DNA of 64,000 bases from Octopus sinensis (GCF_006345805.1 NC_043005.1:92380001-92444000), one strand, 5' to 3'. Positions 1 through 19,100 are shown, counted from the stretch's first letter. A program made the numbers and translations. Notes: a model not told the origin generated them from the letters alone.

Positions 1-1733
1 GCATATACTTTTCACTTTCTATACATCTTATCCTGCTCACTTCAAATTAGTTGGAGAGTAGAGAAGGAATATTGTGGCCTGAAACTGGGATGTGGATTAT
101 TAAAAAGATCTATAAATAGAACCTAGCTAAGTTTTGTAAATTTATATAAAGATTAAATTTCAATATTAATAGAGAAATCTGACTTCAAAAATACAATTTT
201 ACCCCACCCGAGATACATCTTAAGTTTAATATATGGAGATATAAAAAAAATAAAAAATAAATTCCTTTATGTTATAGAAGAACCTAAGGCATTATTGAGA
301 GGGAATTATTAGTTGCAAACAAAATTAGAAAAAAAATATCTAGGGAAATAAATATTACTGAATAAAATTTTGGAAAAGCAAAATTTCCCTTTTTGATAAG
401 TATCAAAACTGATATTAAAAGACAAAAAAATAACTCAAACTTGTGTTACATGTCTCCACACACACACACACACACAACCCTAATTTAAAACATTATGCCC
501 AGCTTAAGAAATTGATTGGGCTGGTGTTTTCAAGAACTGAAAGTGAAATCTCTCTCTCTCACCAACACATACACACTGCAAGCGTAATGCACACATGCAC
601 TGACAAACTGTTGAACTAAAATTTTTTTTTAGCTACATTGGTAATTTCAAGGAGACTAAAAAGAAGTTTTAGAAAATTTAATATTAGATTAGCCATATTC
701 AGAAATGGAATTTCTATCAGGCAATAGTCACTGCTAGAGAATTTTTCTCTTGAGAGAAAAATGTTGGAAGAGAATAAATTTAAGCAAGAATGAACCAAAT
801 TTAAATAAGAACATACATATTAGTTTTACTGTTTGTACATACTAGCTCAGACAAGTGTTCAATGTAATTGTCTCCTGTTCATTTCATTTAACCTTGCTCT
901 ACCAGTGCTTGTGTTATTACCTATTTGGTGAACTACAGTTATAAAGGTTATCAGATCCAACCCTAAATATTATGTCAACAGAGAACTAAAGGGTAAAAAT
1001 GAGAACATTTTGAAACAATGGATCACTAAATAAGCATCTAATCCAAATTGGTGTTTTGACAATAACTGCACCATATAACTACCTTGAAAAATAAAATAAA
1101 GATGCAACAATGCTTTCTACAACGAAAAACAAGTCGTGAAGCCAAAGTGCAGAATTCAAAATCTGAGTTTGCTTTTTCTCTCAAGATGTTCTAAAACAAT
1201 CTTCTACAACAATATTTATTTCAATAATTGTATGATTAAAAAAAAAAAAAAAATCTTTAAATGGAAAAAGCCAAAAGTCAGATAACCATAAATCAGACAA
1301 AAAAAATCCAAGACTGAATATAATCTATTAAGGGTAAAGACTTTTCTAGTGTGCGTCAAACTGCTGAAATAGGTAAGAGGAGAAAAGTTAATAAATAAGT
1401 AAAATTTGAAACTAGGAAGAAATCAAAAATCCTATTAGAAGAAACAGGTTGTAATCAGTTTTACTGAAACTAGGATATATTCTGTATTATTCATATCTAC
1501 CTTAAAAGAAAATGTTTTCTTAGAAAACAAGAGTGTCAAGATTGGGAAGTACAAAAGTTGCTTACATATAATATATATACACACATCCACCCACACACAT
1601 ATGTATAAAGATATATACATACATATACACATATATACAAATGTGTATGTATATACGTACACATATGCAAATGGATACATACACACACTTCCATCACAAA
1701 TGCACGTGCACACAAACTCATACACATTACTTT

Positions 1734-1876
1734 TTAAACGGATTCATAGCCTCTCCTGCTTCGTTTTCTACCAATTAGATAGGCAATTAGGACAGTGATT
1801 ACTAAACCAGCCAAGGCAGCTCCCACAGCAATAGGAACAATGCTGCTTGTCTTCATATCTTCAACGCAAATGTGTC
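1734..1876 (-). CDS. LAMP1: LAMP exon 5 (TM helix and GYESV lysosomal sorting tail)
   Basis: [47 protein letters not shown], a typical LAMP C-terminus. Confidence 0.95.
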
Positions 1877-4800
1877 CTGAAAAAGAAAAATATCAATAGC
1901 CGGCATTACAAACTATTTGTTTTCAGGTAATTAATAGAGACAAACTTCAATCATAGTGATAAAGTTTGTACAGGAAGTTGGTCAAAAAAGAAAACAAAAA
2001 TTTCTTAGACTAAGATAAGCAATGTATATCTGGTAACCATTGTGTTAATGTATATAAAAATCATTCAATAACTGTTGGTTGATCTAAATATTAAATAAGC
2101 CATTGATTTCTAATATTCAGGCTGTCAAATTTAAAACTCATTCACTGTTTTGAATTAATCAGGTTCAAGATGGGTAGCAACAATGTAACTCTACACACTC
2201 ACTTGAAATTTTATCAGTAGGTGTTTAAATACCAATGACTGACTCAGCATTTTGCAATAAAATTAGGAATACATAGTCTGATCAATAAGTATCCAGACTG
2301 TTGCTATAGTAACAAAGCTAAAGAATGCAGAGTAAAGCCACTTGGAACAGATTGACTGAACTCTGCTGTGCATGCACACTAAGATCTAACATTCTAGCTC
2401 ACTTCCACTGTTTACAGCAATGCTTGGAAGGAAGGTGCATAGCATGTGGTTGTCACATTGACCATGACAGAGAATCTGTATCAAATTTTGCCAAAAGCTT
2501 GGCAATACCTGCTCAGAGGCCTACACAAAGTTTTCATCTTTCTTGACAATCAAGGAGATCTTGAGCAACAGAAACCCGCGTGTCTTCTTGGTCAGTTGAA
2601 AGCAGTTTTGGCACAAACTTGGCAGACATTCATCTCATACCCCAAATCTTCAGTAATAACGGACTGAACTGAACCGTAACTACTTTGTACATCCTCTAGT
2701 AACTCATGGATGGTGATTCGATGATTTCTCCTCACAGCTGCATGCATGCCTGCAATATTTTTCTCAGTCCTGCTGGTTGCTAGTCTCCCTGAATGTTCGT
2801 CAATATCAACATTTTTTCAGCCATCTTGGAAACATCTGAACAACTCATACACTTTCTGCAACTTTGCAGAGGCCCTCTGTTCTAAAGATTTATAGGGCAA
2901 CTCGGATCTTTTCCCTTTGAACGGCAGATCAAGAAATTAATTTTTTGTAACTAAACACTTTCAAACTTCGGACACTGGTAGAACATGTCATATAAAACAT
3001 CTTTTACTCTTAGCGTTTTTGAGAAAAGCTTATATTTAGGAAGTTATTTCATGTTAAAGTTGTAGTATTTCGGTAATTTCAACCAATCAATGACATGTAT
3101 TCAGCTGAATTAAATTACTGCCGTTGTTTGTCAACAACAACTATCAGCAGTGTATATTTCGTTTGTCACTGTTATGACGTCTTTCGTGCATTTGTACTAG
3201 TTTTGGCGACAGGGTTCCAGGGTTACGGGGGGGGGGGGGAAGTCTTTCCAAAAATAGTAGCTGAAAAACAGGAAAAAAAAAACCTAAAAGCAGTAGAAAT
3301 ACACAAACGATTGTGGTGTTGCCATGAAGTAAACATGCTTCAGATACACTAGTTTATTCATACAAATGTAACTGAGATGAAATATGTCATAAATAACAGT
3401 GACAAACGAAATAAACACCACCAGAAGCAGCAGTAATTTTATTCAGCTGAATACACATCAATGATTGGTTGAAATTACCGAAATAGGACAACTTTAACAC
3501 AAAATAACTTCATAAATATAAACTTTTCTCAAAAATGCTAAGAGTAAAAGATGTTTTATATGACACATTCTGCCAGTGTCCGAAGTTTGAAAGTGTTTAG
3601 TAACAAAAAATTATTTTCTAAATCTGCCAATCAAAAGGTAAAGATTCGGCAATTCTAATAACTTCTGAAACATCTAAAATATTCAGTTCTATTTTTTCCA
3701 TTCACAAATTCAAGATTTAGTTTGTGTATTATCTTTGATTTCATAAAATTTTTACACAACTAGAATCACAAGAATTACAAGCATTTGAATAAGTTTTTGT
3801 CCATGAAAAGTTAAAATATTTATAAACGTTTACATGTAGAGTAAAAAAAAGAAAAAAATACTTACGTGATCCAAGGGCAGTTAAGTTAGTAGCATTTCTG
3901 AAGATATCCAAAGTCAGTTCTTTGAAGGTAATAGATGAGTTGTTCAAAGTTATCTTTTTATTTGATTTACAAACAAAATATTCATTCTCCTTCAACAGTA
4001 ATTCATTCATATTGTCTTTGGAAACAGCTATTAAAAAAAGAAATTAAAATTAGCACCCTAAATATATCACCATCTTGAACAACTAAATATTTTGTTTCAC
4101 AAATAAAGCTTGACTTACTTAAATTGTGATCCCCAACTGATAGTGCAACCTTCTTCAAAAACTTTGTAGAATTAATTTTTGCAAAAACTAAGTCTAGATG
4201 AACATTTGATGAGTAAATTGACAGTTCATCAGCTGTATCACTGCAACTGCCATTATATGTCGCATTTGAAAAGATATCTCCTGCTTCAGTAATATTCTGC
4301 AAGAAAAATTACATCCAAATTAGCTAAGACAAAAAAGAAAAGCATTAAGCAACAGTTAAAACCTAGAAAATTGCAGTAATCAGCTGGTTCCAAGTTGATA
4401 ATGAGATTGAGCTTTTCTGATAACAAAGATTTTACACTTTCATTTCAGTTAATAAGCAAATCTACCTTCAGATAGATAAAAGGCAACTGAATATTCGACT
4501 AGCTTATAAATAAAATAAAACATCACAAATTGGTTTGAGATTTTAGCATTCATCAGGCCATACAAAATATCCTATAATATTTAGTTATGTTCCTTTACAT
4601 TTTAATTCAAATCCCATGGACAACTTGCTCTTTCATCTAATTAAAAGGAATTAAGTATTATTCAAGCTGATTCAATCAACTGTTTGACATGCATTCTCTT
4701 CATAAGGGATCAACAGTTGCTTTAAAAAACATTACCTTATAAGAATAGTGATAAGATATATCAGTAGTTATAACAATACAATGTTGTCCATTAGCTCCAG

Positions 4801-7800
4801 TCACAACATACTGACGCGATTTTGTTGGAATTGGTATGTGTGTTGTACTTGGAATGTGAGTGGTTGACTTCTCAGTGGTCACAACAGGGGTGCTCGAGTT
4901 GTTAATTGTAACAGGGGTGCTTGACGTTTCAGTTGTCACAACAGGGGTGCTTGACGTTTCAGTTGTCACAACAGGGGTGCTTGACGTTTCAGTTGTCACA
5001 ACAGGGGTGCTCGACTTGTCAGTTGTCACAACAGGGGTGCTCGACTTGTCAGTTGTCACAACAGGGGTGCTCGACTTGTCAGTTGTCACAACAGGGGTGC
5101 TCGACTTGTCAGTTGTCACAACAGGGATGTCCAGCTTCTCAGTTGTAACAATGGGGCTTGGCTTCTCAGTTGCAACAGTAATGTTTGATACTAATATTGC
5201 AAAATAAAAAACAAAGAAAAATATCAGACATCATCATTATGTTTAAGTACCAATTCAGAACAGAAAAACATAGCTTCCATAACCTGAAGCTGCTCAAACA
5301 AAAGAATATATTTGGAGAAAGTTTGCTTTAAAATTTAGATCTATTAAGAAAAAATATAGAATGATACCAATCTAATCATTCTCATAATCTATTTAAGAAA
5401 TAAAGTTGTGTTAAGCCATGTGATATATCCATAGCATTATCTTTGCCTTTGTTTCAATCAATGTTAAAATTAATAAAGAATTTATTGAAACAATTTTGCC
5501 ATTATTAAGTTGGTATTTAGACACTAAAATAACATGAAATTTTGCTGTAACATTTTTTAACTTCGATAACTTTAAAACAGAGAATCTATCTCATAGAACC
5601 CTGGGCAGTTTCAGGTAGGTTGGTATCGAAAGGGTAATATATCATGTTGACAGAATGGGAGTTCACACACATAACTTCAAAGTAACTAACTGATGGCGAG
5701 AATGAATAGATGGCTTACTTATAGATAAGCTCTCATAACCATCTGATATAAAATAGTCGACAGTTAAAATTCAAAAGGTACAAGTTTAGTAAAAAAATAA
5801 AAATAAAAGGCAACGAACTGGAGAATCAATAGCAATCAGCAATTAAATGAAGCAGGTAAGATGAATTTCAACCAAATTTGATCGTTTGTTTCACATGTTT
5901 TCCCATTTTAGCATGGACTGAATAGAGACGTGAAACATTTGATGACTGCCTATCCCCAGCCCTTGCTTTTCAAAGACAGATGTTGGGGAAGCAAAAATTT
6001 ACTTAGAATTGTAATTACAAACTAATGGTAGACACTGGATATGACTTGGAAGGTGCGCACTCTAAGAATAAACCAAAGATCAAGAGAAGCAGCAACTAGG
6101 AGAGAATACAGATTGCCTGTGTCTACCAAAAGAAGGAATCAGAGTTTAAGATGCATGGAAAAGGCTCTTTTGTTATTTGGGATGGTTAAAAAAATCTCGC
6201 AGCTAATAATTTTCTACTTCATTAAGTCATTAAAGAAAAACTGAGCTGCCAAACCAGCGAATATAAGCTTAAATTTTTACTGTTATATATCAAGATACGC
6301 TGCAAGTTTCAATATTCTACAGTTATAATCAGTAACAAAGAACCAAATGGTTTTTAATCCCAAAGTCAGATAATAGCTCCACAGTAGAGTAGATCTAGAC
6401 AAAGTAGCTTACAATACTAAACATCTTGGCAAAATTCATTAAACTTTTCATTATTATTAGAATATATCTCTGTATATAAAGCTGAAGTTGTCTGTGTGTG
6501 GCAGGTTTGGTAGCCTTCAACTAACACTATCTCGTCCGAGACCCTGTGGCGCAAGTTGACCAAAATTGAGAGTATGATAGAAGGCTTGCTCTTCCTTCCG
6601 AAGAAGAAGGAAGAATTCAAATCGGACCATGTTAACACCAAAAATTATTTACATCAAAAAGGTGCTTTTTTTTCTATGAAAATCCCTATTTTTTACAATT
6701 TTTTGACTGCTGTGTCGCCATTTTTCGGTGCATTTCAACCAGAAAAATGTTCACTTAAAGAGAATAACAAGCTACATAATGCAAAATTTTTACTTATCAA
6801 AAATTCCAATTCTAAAGGGTCGAAACAAACCCGAGCAACGTCGGGCGATACTGCTAGTTAAGAGATAAAATAATTCACTTATAACTAGCATTGACTTTCT
6901 CATTTGTCATAAGTGCTATCTGAAAAAAGGTTATTTTAATGTGCAAGCTTGTTCTTGTATCAGCCTTCTTGTAAATTCAACATTCTAATATGTTACCTAC
7001 TTTCTGAATTCTTCCTTTGTCACAATTAACTTGACCTAGGACAAGTGTCTTCTACTCTAGCTCCAAGGCTGGCCAAAGCCCATGCAAACAGACACTAAAA
7101 GTCTGTCTTTGTGCATATGTGCCACTTGACACTGCATGATAGTTGAAAACAAGTGTCACCATTGTACACTTGTTTCCAATATTCCATGAAAGCATGTTCA
7201 GTTATGGGGACATTATCGAAGAAGCTTGAGAGGCAGTTGGATGGAACTTACACTCGCCTCCTTATGAGAGCTCAAAATATCTCGTGGAAGCGTCATCCAA
7301 CCAAAGTACAAATATATGGGAAATTACCACCTGTATCATCTCTTGTGAAAGGTAGAAGAGTCCAGTTTGCTGGACATTGTTGTAAAGCTGAAAACGAGGT
7401 AATTTCTACTCTTCTCCTCTGGAAGCCATCTGCTCGCGATACCAGAGGGCGCACACTCTCCTACCCTGATGTAATCTCCAGGGATACAGGTATCCAGCAA
7501 CAGGACCTCCGTGATGCTATGATGGACCATGAGGTCTGGCATAACATAGTAAATTCCATTGTCTCGACCACGGTCGAACAATGAATGAATGGGGAGATAT
7601 CTTGATTGGAAACAGATGACAGTTGATTGAGGGAAAGGCATCCAACCATAAAAAATCTGCCTCAATGAATTCCATTTGACCCTTGCAAGCATGAAGAAGT
7701 GAGCATTAAAACAATTTCAATCCTTCTGATTCATGGTGCTGTGCATAAAACGCATGAAACCATTAATCCTTTATGTTAGATGGCACATGCAGAAATAAGC

Positions 7801-8788
7801 CAAAGTTGATGCTTATTCAAGCTGGAAAGATGCAGAGAAGTAAGAACATAAACCAAATCTTGAAGATAAATGCTTCTTTTTGAGCATGGTACTTAGTTCA
7901 GCAAAAAGAAACTTATTCTAAGTTATGTAGATGTAAACAAACCAACACCAGTTGTGAAAATGGTGGTGGGACAAAAATACACACACACACACACACAAGG
8001 GGCTTCTTTCAGTTTCCATCTACCAAACACACTCACAAGGATTTGGCCAGCCCAGAGCTACAATAGAAGACATTTGCCCAATCTCCACGCAGTGGGGCTG
8101 AACCTGGAACCATATTAGGAAGTCAGCTTCTTGCCATACAGCCCTACTTTTTCCTAAATAAAGATTCCAAAGGGATTCAAAGCCTTGATTTCCAGTTTAC
8201 TAGACTGATATGTTGAGGAAGAGACATTTTAGTCAGTTAAGTACACAAAAACATTTACGTTTTCATACCAAGAAAAATGAAAACTGAATAGAATCCCAGA
8301 ATCGTCGGAAATTTTTCCATTGACTGAATTCCGGTGACCTAATATGCTACAAAACCCTTTTTTTTAAGGGTCCAGAAAATGGGGTGGGGTGGAAACCTTA
8401 GAAATTTCACCCCTATTTTCAAATATTTTTGGCTATTTCTTTCTTTACCCATAATTTTATATAATATTTTGCAGAAATATGATTTCGAGAGAGTGCAGAT
8501 TACGTTAGATTGAAAATTCAAAGAAGTTTGAAATGAGTGAGTTAGTTTGAAATGAAGAGTGGAAAGATAAGCGATAAATTCATCTTTAAAAAATACATTA
8601 GAGTTTTTGCATGTATGAGTGAAACAGTAAAAGTATATTAAAATATCTTTATCCTACCTCTTAACAAAAATAGATTTTCCTGGCTTGCCAGTCCTCAGTC
8701 AAACCTTTCAACCCATGCCAGAATGGAAATCTGATGTTAAATTATGATGGTGATGATGTACGAGATATATATATTTGTGTGTGTGTAT

Positions 8789-8834
<46 letters not shown>

Positions 8835-9496
8835 CTTCGAAGACCCAACAAATGAAGTGGGTTCATGGCTTGCAAGACGGCCTGCTGTGCTTGAGGAGAC
8901 CTATTGAGTCAAGTTCATCAACATCAAATTAAAAATCGTATGGATATTGTAGTTGTGATACCCGTGCCCGTGACACGTAGGGTCTCACAGAAGCCATGAC
9001 GAAGACTGAGACCTGAGATATGCTGTGACTGTGAAGACCCGACGAATGGAGTTCATGGCTTCCACGATGGCCTGCTGTGCTAACCTTGGATCGTCGAGTG
9101 ACCCGCTGTTCTTGAGGAGACCTATTGAGTCAAGTAACGTTAACACCAACATCAAAATGAAAATCAAATGGAAAATAAAAGCACTGTCCGAACGTGACAG
9201 AGGCCAGCGCCGCCTGACTGGCATCCGTGTCGGTGACATGTAAAAGCACCAATCGATTGTGGCCGTTTGCCAGCCTCACCTGGTCCATGCTGGTGGCACG
9301 TAAAAAGCACCCACTACACACACAAACACAGAGTGGTTGGCATTAGGAAGAGCATCCAGCTGTAGAAACACTGCCAGATCAGACTGGGCCTGGTGCAGCC
9401 TCCTGGCTTCCCAGACACCGGTCAAACTGTCCAACCCATGCTAGCATGGAAAACGGACGTCAGACGATGATTATATATATATATATATATATACAC

Positions 9497-9553
<57 letters not shown>

Positions 9554-9798
9554 TACATATATACACACACACACATACATATATACACACACATACATAT
9601 ATACACACACACATACATATATACACACACACACATACATATATACACACACATACATATACACACACACACATACATATATACACACACACACATACAT
9701 ATATACACACACACACATACATATATACACACACAAACACACATATATACTCACACACACACACATATATATATACTCACACACACACACATATATAT

Positions 9799-9829
<31 letters not shown>

Positions 9830-12800
9830 CACACACACACACACACATATATATATACACACACACACATATATATATATACACACACACACACATATAT
9901 ATACACATATATATATACACATATATACACACATATATACACACATATATACACACATATACACACACATATATACACATACATACACATATATACACAC
10001 ATATACATACACACACATATACATACACACACATATACATACACACACATATATATACATAACACACACATATATATGTAGACATAGACACACAACATAT
10101 ATGTAGACATAGACACACACATATATGTAGACATAGACACACCACATATATATATACATATACACACATATATATAATACATATACACACAATAATATTA
10201 CATATACACACACATATATACATATACACACACATATACACACACATATACATACACACACATATACATATACACACACATATATATACATATACACACA
10301 CACATATATGTAGACATAGACACACACACATATATGTAGACATAGACACACACACATATATGTAGACATAGACACACACACATATATATATACATATACA
10401 CAATAATATATATACATATACACACATATATATATACATATACACACATATATATATATACATATACACACATATTATATAATATACATATTACACATAT
10501 ATATACATACACACATATATATATACATATACACACATATATATATACATATACACACATATATATACATATATATACACACATATATAATACATATACA
10601 CACACACATATATACATATACACACACATATATATACTAACACACACATTATATTACATTTACAATATATATATATACATTACACATATATATATACATA
10701 TACACACACATATATATATATACATATACACACACATATATATATATACATATACACACACATATATATATATACATATACACACATATATATATATACA
10801 TATACACACATATATATATACATATACACACATATATATATATACATATACACACATATATATATACATATACACACATATATATATACATATACACACA
10901 TATATATACATATACACACATATATATATATACACACATATATATATACACACATATATATATACATATACACACATATATATATACATATACACACATA
11001 TATATATATACATATACACACATATATATATACATATACACACATATATATATACATATACACACATATATATATATACATATACACACATATATATATA
11101 TACATATACACACATATATATATACATATACACACATATATATATATATACATATACACACATATATATATATACATATACACACACATATATATATATA
11201 CATATACACACACATCATATATATACATATACACACACATATATATACATATACACACATATATATATACATATACACACATATATATATACATATACAC
11301 ACATATATACATATACACACATATATATACAAATACACACATATATATACATATACACACATATATATACATATACACGCATATATATATACACACATAT
11401 ATATATACATATACACACATATATATATACATACACACATATACACACATACATATACACACATACATATACACACACATACATATACACACACACATAT
11501 ATACATACATATATACATACATATATACATACATATATACATACATACATATATACATACATATACATACATACATACACACATACATACACACATACAT
11601 ACACACATACATACACACATACATACACACATACATACACACATACATACACACATACATACACACATACATACACACATACATACACATATACATACAC
11701 ATATACATACACATATACATACATATACATACACATATACATACACATATACATACACATATACATACATATACATACACATATACATACATACATACAT
11801 ATATACATACATATACATACATATATACATACACATATACATACATATATACATACACATATACATACATATATACATACACATATACATACATATATAT
11901 ATACACATATACATACATATATATATATACACATATACATACATATATATATATACACATATATACATATACACATATACATACATTATACATACATATA
12001 TACATACATAATACATACATACACACATATACATACACACATACATACAACATATACATACACACATACATACACACATATACATACACACATACATACA
12101 CATATACATACACACATACATACACATATACATACACATATACATACATATACATACACATATACATACATATACATACATATATACATACACATACATA
12201 CATATATACATACACATATACATATACACATATACATACATATATATATATACACATATACATACATATATATATATACACATATACATACATATATATA
12301 TATACACATATACATACATATATATATATACACATATACATACATATATATACATACACATATACATACATATATATACATACACATATACATACATATA
12401 TACATACATATATACATACATATATACATACATATATACATACACATATACATACATATATACATACACATATACATACATACACATATACATACACATA
12501 TACATACATATATACATACACATATACATACATACACATATACATACATATATATATACACATATACATACATATATATATACACATATACATACATATA
12601 TATATACACATATACATACATATATATATACACATATACATACATATATATATACACATATACATACATATATATATACACATATACATACATATATATA
12701 TATACACATATACATACATATATATATACACATATACATACATATATATATACACACACATATACATACATATATATATACACACACATATATACACATA

Positions 12801-15800
12801 TATACACACACATATATACACATATATATACACACACATATATACACATATATACACACACATATATACACATATATATACACACACATATATACACATA
12901 TATATACACACATATATACACATATATATACACACATATATACACATATATATACATACACATATATACACATATATATACATACACATATATATACATA
13001 CACATATATACACATATATATACATACACATATATACACATATATATACATACACAGATATACACATATATATACATACACAGATATACACATATATATA
13101 CATACACAGATATACACATATATATACATACACATATATACACATATACATACATACATATATACACATATATATACATACACAGATATACACATATATA
13201 TACATACACAGATATACACATATATATACATACACAGATATACACATATATATACATACACAGATATACACATATATACATACACATATATACACATATA
13301 TATACATACACATATATACACATATATATACATACACATATATACACATATATATACATACACATATATACACATATATATACATACACATATATACACA
13401 TATATATACATACACATATATATACATATATATACATACACATATATATACATACACATATATACACATATATATACATACACATATATACACATATATA
13501 TACATACACATATATACACATATATATACATACACATATATACACATACATACACATATATATACATACACATATATACACATATACATACATACACATA
13601 TACATACACATATATACACATATACATACATACACATATATACACATATACATACATACACATATATACACATATACATACATACACATATATACACATA
13701 TACATACATACACATATATACACATACACATACATACACATATATATACATACACATACATACACATATATATACATACACATACATACACATATATATA
13801 CATACACATACATACACATATATATACATACACATACATACACATATATATACATACACATATATACATACACATACATACATACACATACATACACATA
13901 TATATACATACACATACATACACATATACATACATACACATATATATACATACACATACATACACATATATACATACACATATATACACATATATACATA
14001 CACATATATACACATATATATACATACACATATATACACATATATATACATACACATATATACACATATATATACATACACATACATACACATATATATA
14101 CATACACATACATACACATACATACACATATATATACATACTCATACATACACATATATATACATACACATACACATACATACACATACATATACATACA
14201 CATATATACACATATATATACATACACATATATACACATATATATACATACACATATATACACATATATATACATACACATATATACACATATATATACA
14301 TACACATATATACACATATATATACATACACATATATACACATATATATACATACACATATATACACATATATATACATACACATATATACACATATACA
14401 TACATACACATATATACACATATACATACATACACATATATACACATATACATACATACACATACATACACATATATACACATACACATATATACATACA
14501 CATACATACATACACATACATACACATATATATACATATATATACATATATACACATATATACACATATATATACATACACACACATATATATACATACA
14601 CACACATATATATACATACACATACATATATACATACACATATATACACACATATATACATACACATATATACATACACATATATACACATATATACATA
14701 CACATATATACATACACATATATACATACACATATATACATACACATATATATACATACACATATATACATACACATATATACATACACATATATATACA
14801 TACACACATATATACATACACACATATATACATACACATATATATACATACACATATATACATACACATATATATACATACACATATATACATACACATA
14901 TATATACATACACATATATACATACACATATATATACATACACATATATATATACACACATATATATACACATATATATACATACACATATATATACATA
15001 CACATATATATACATACACATATATATATACACATATATATACATACACATATATATACATACACATATATATACATACACACACACATATATATACATA
15101 CACACACATATATATACATACACACACATACATACACATACATACATACACACACATACATACACATATATACATACACACACATACATACACATATATA
15201 CATACACATATATACATACACATATATACATACACATATATACACATATATACATACACATATATACACATATATACATACACATATATACAACATATAT
15301 ATACACACATATATTAAACTACACATATATACCATATATACATACACATATATACACATATATACATACACATATATACACATATATACATACACATATA
15401 TACACATATATACATACACATATATACACAATATAGATACATAACATATATACCATATATATATACACATATATACACATATATATACATACACATATAT
15501 ACACATATATATACATACACATATATACACATATATGTATATACAAGTATACACATATACTTGTATACACATATATACACATATATACATACACATATAT
15601 ACACATATATGTATATACATGTATACACATATACTTGTACTACATATCACATATATACACATATATACATACACCATATACACATATATATACATACACA
15701 TATATACACATATATATACATACACATATATACACATATATATACAACCATATACACTATATATACATACACATATATACATATATACATACACATATAT

Positions 15801-16141
15801 ACACATATATACATACACATATATACACATATATCATACATATATATACATACACATATATACACATATATATACATATATATACATACACATATATATA
15901 CATATATTACATACACATATATATACATACATATATATACATACACATATATACACATATATTACATACACATATATATACATACACATATATACATACA
16001 CATATATATACATACACATATATATTACATACACATATATACACATACACATATATACATACACATATATACACATACCATATATACACATACACATATA
16101 TACATACACATATATATACATACACATATATATACATACAC

Positions 16142-16174
<33 letters not shown>

Positions 16175-19100
16175 TACATACACATACACATACATACACA
16201 TATATACATATATATACATACACATATATACATATATATACATACACATATATACATATATATACATACACATATATACATATATATACATACACATATA
16301 TACATATATATACATACACATATATACATATATACATACACATATATACATATATATACATACACATATATACATATATATACATACACATATATACATA
16401 TATATACATACACATATATACATATATATACATACACATATATACATATATATACATACACATATATACATATATATACATACACATATATACATACACA
16501 TATATACATACACATATATACATACACATATATACATACACATATATACATACACATATATACATACACATATATACATACACATATATACATACACATA
16601 TATACATACACATATATACATACACATATACATACACATATATACATACACATATATACACATATATACATACACATACATACACATATATACATACACA
16701 TACATACACATATATACATACACATACATACACATATATACATACACATACATACAACATATATACATACATATACACATACAATACATATAACATACAC
16801 ATACATACACATATATACATACACATACATACACATATATACACACACATACATACACATATATACATACACATACATACACATATATACACACACATAC
16901 ATACATATATATACACACACATATATACATATATATACACACACATATATACATATATATACACACACATATATACATATATATACACACACATATATAC
17001 ATATATATACACACACATATATACATATATATACATACACATATATACATATATATACATACACATATATACATATATATACATACACATATATACATAT
17101 ATATACATACACATATATACATATATATACATACACATATATACATATATATACATACACATATATACATATATATACATACACATATATACATATATAT
17201 ACATACACATATATACATATATATACATACACATATATACATATATATACATACACATATATACATATATACATACACATATATACATATATACATACAC
17301 ATATATACACATATATACATACACATATATACACATATATACATATATATACATACACATATATACATATATATGCATACACATATATACATATATATGC
17401 ATACACATATATACATATATATGCATACACATATATACATATATATGCATACACATATATACATATATATGCATACACATATATGCATACACATATATAC
17501 ATATATATGCATACACATATATACATATATATGCATACACATATATACATATATATGCATACACATATATACATATATATGCATACACATATATACATAT
17601 ATATGCATACACATATATACATATATATGCATACACATATATACATATATATGCATACACATATATACATATATATGCATACACATATATACATATATAT
17701 GCATACACATATATACATATATATGCATACACATATATACATATATATGCATACACATATATACATATATATGCATACACATATATATATACATACACAT
17801 ATATATATACATACACATATATACATATATACATACACATATATACATATATATACATACACATACATACATATACACATATAGGCGCAGGAGTGGCTGT
17901 GTGGTAAGTAGCTTGTTTACCAACCACATGGTTCCGGGTTCAGTTCCACTGCGTGGCACCTTGGGTAAGTGTCTTCTACTATAGCCTCGGGCCGACCAAA
18001 GCCTTGTGAGTGGATTTGGTAGACGGAAACTGAAAGAAGCCTGTCGTATATATGTATATATTATATATATGTGTGTGTGTGTATGTGTTTGTGTGTCTGT
18101 GTTTGTCCCCCTAGCATTGTTTGACAACCGATGCTGGTGTGTTTATGTCCCCGTTACTTAGCGGTTCGGCAAAAGAGACCGATAAAATAAGTACTGGGCT
18201 TACAAAAGAATAAGTACTGGGGTCGATTTGCTCGATTAAAGGCGGTGCTCCAGCATGGCCGCAGTCAAATGACTGAAACAAGTAAAAGTAAAAAGAGTAT
18301 ACACATACATACATACACATATACACATATACATACACATATATATACATACACATATATACACATATATACACATATATACACATATATACATACACAT
18401 ATATACACATATACACATATATATACATACACATATATATATACATACATACATACATATATATACATACATACACACATATATATACATACACATATAT
18501 ATATACATACATACACATATATATATATACATACACATATATATATACATACATACACATATACATACACATATATACATACACATATACATACACATAT
18601 ACATACATATATATACATACACATATACATACACATATACATACATATATACATACACATATACATACATACACATATACATACATACACATATACATAC
18701 ATACACATATACATCACATATTACATACATTACATACACTATATACCCACATACACCAATATACATACACATATATACATACATACCACATATATACATA
18801 CACATATATACATACACATATATATACATATATATACATACACATATATATACATATATATACATACACATATATATACATACACATATATATACATATA
18901 TATACTACCACATATATATACATACACATATATATAATATATACATACACATTATATATACATACACTATATATACATATATATACATACACATATATAT
19001 ACATATATATACATAACATAATATACATTATATATACATACACATATATATACATATATATACATACACATATATATACATATATATACATACACATATA

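Noticed and set aside
1-1733. Alternative LAMP2A/B/C-like terminal exons or coding ORFs at 616-1798
   Set aside because: No second TM plus GYxxPhi exon found; the ORFs derive from AT-rich or microsatellite 3' UTR sequence.
4860-5207. Plus-strand repetitive ORFs (VVTTGVLD..., QLSQQGC...)
   Set aside because: Antisense shadows of the LAMP mucin-repeat exon.
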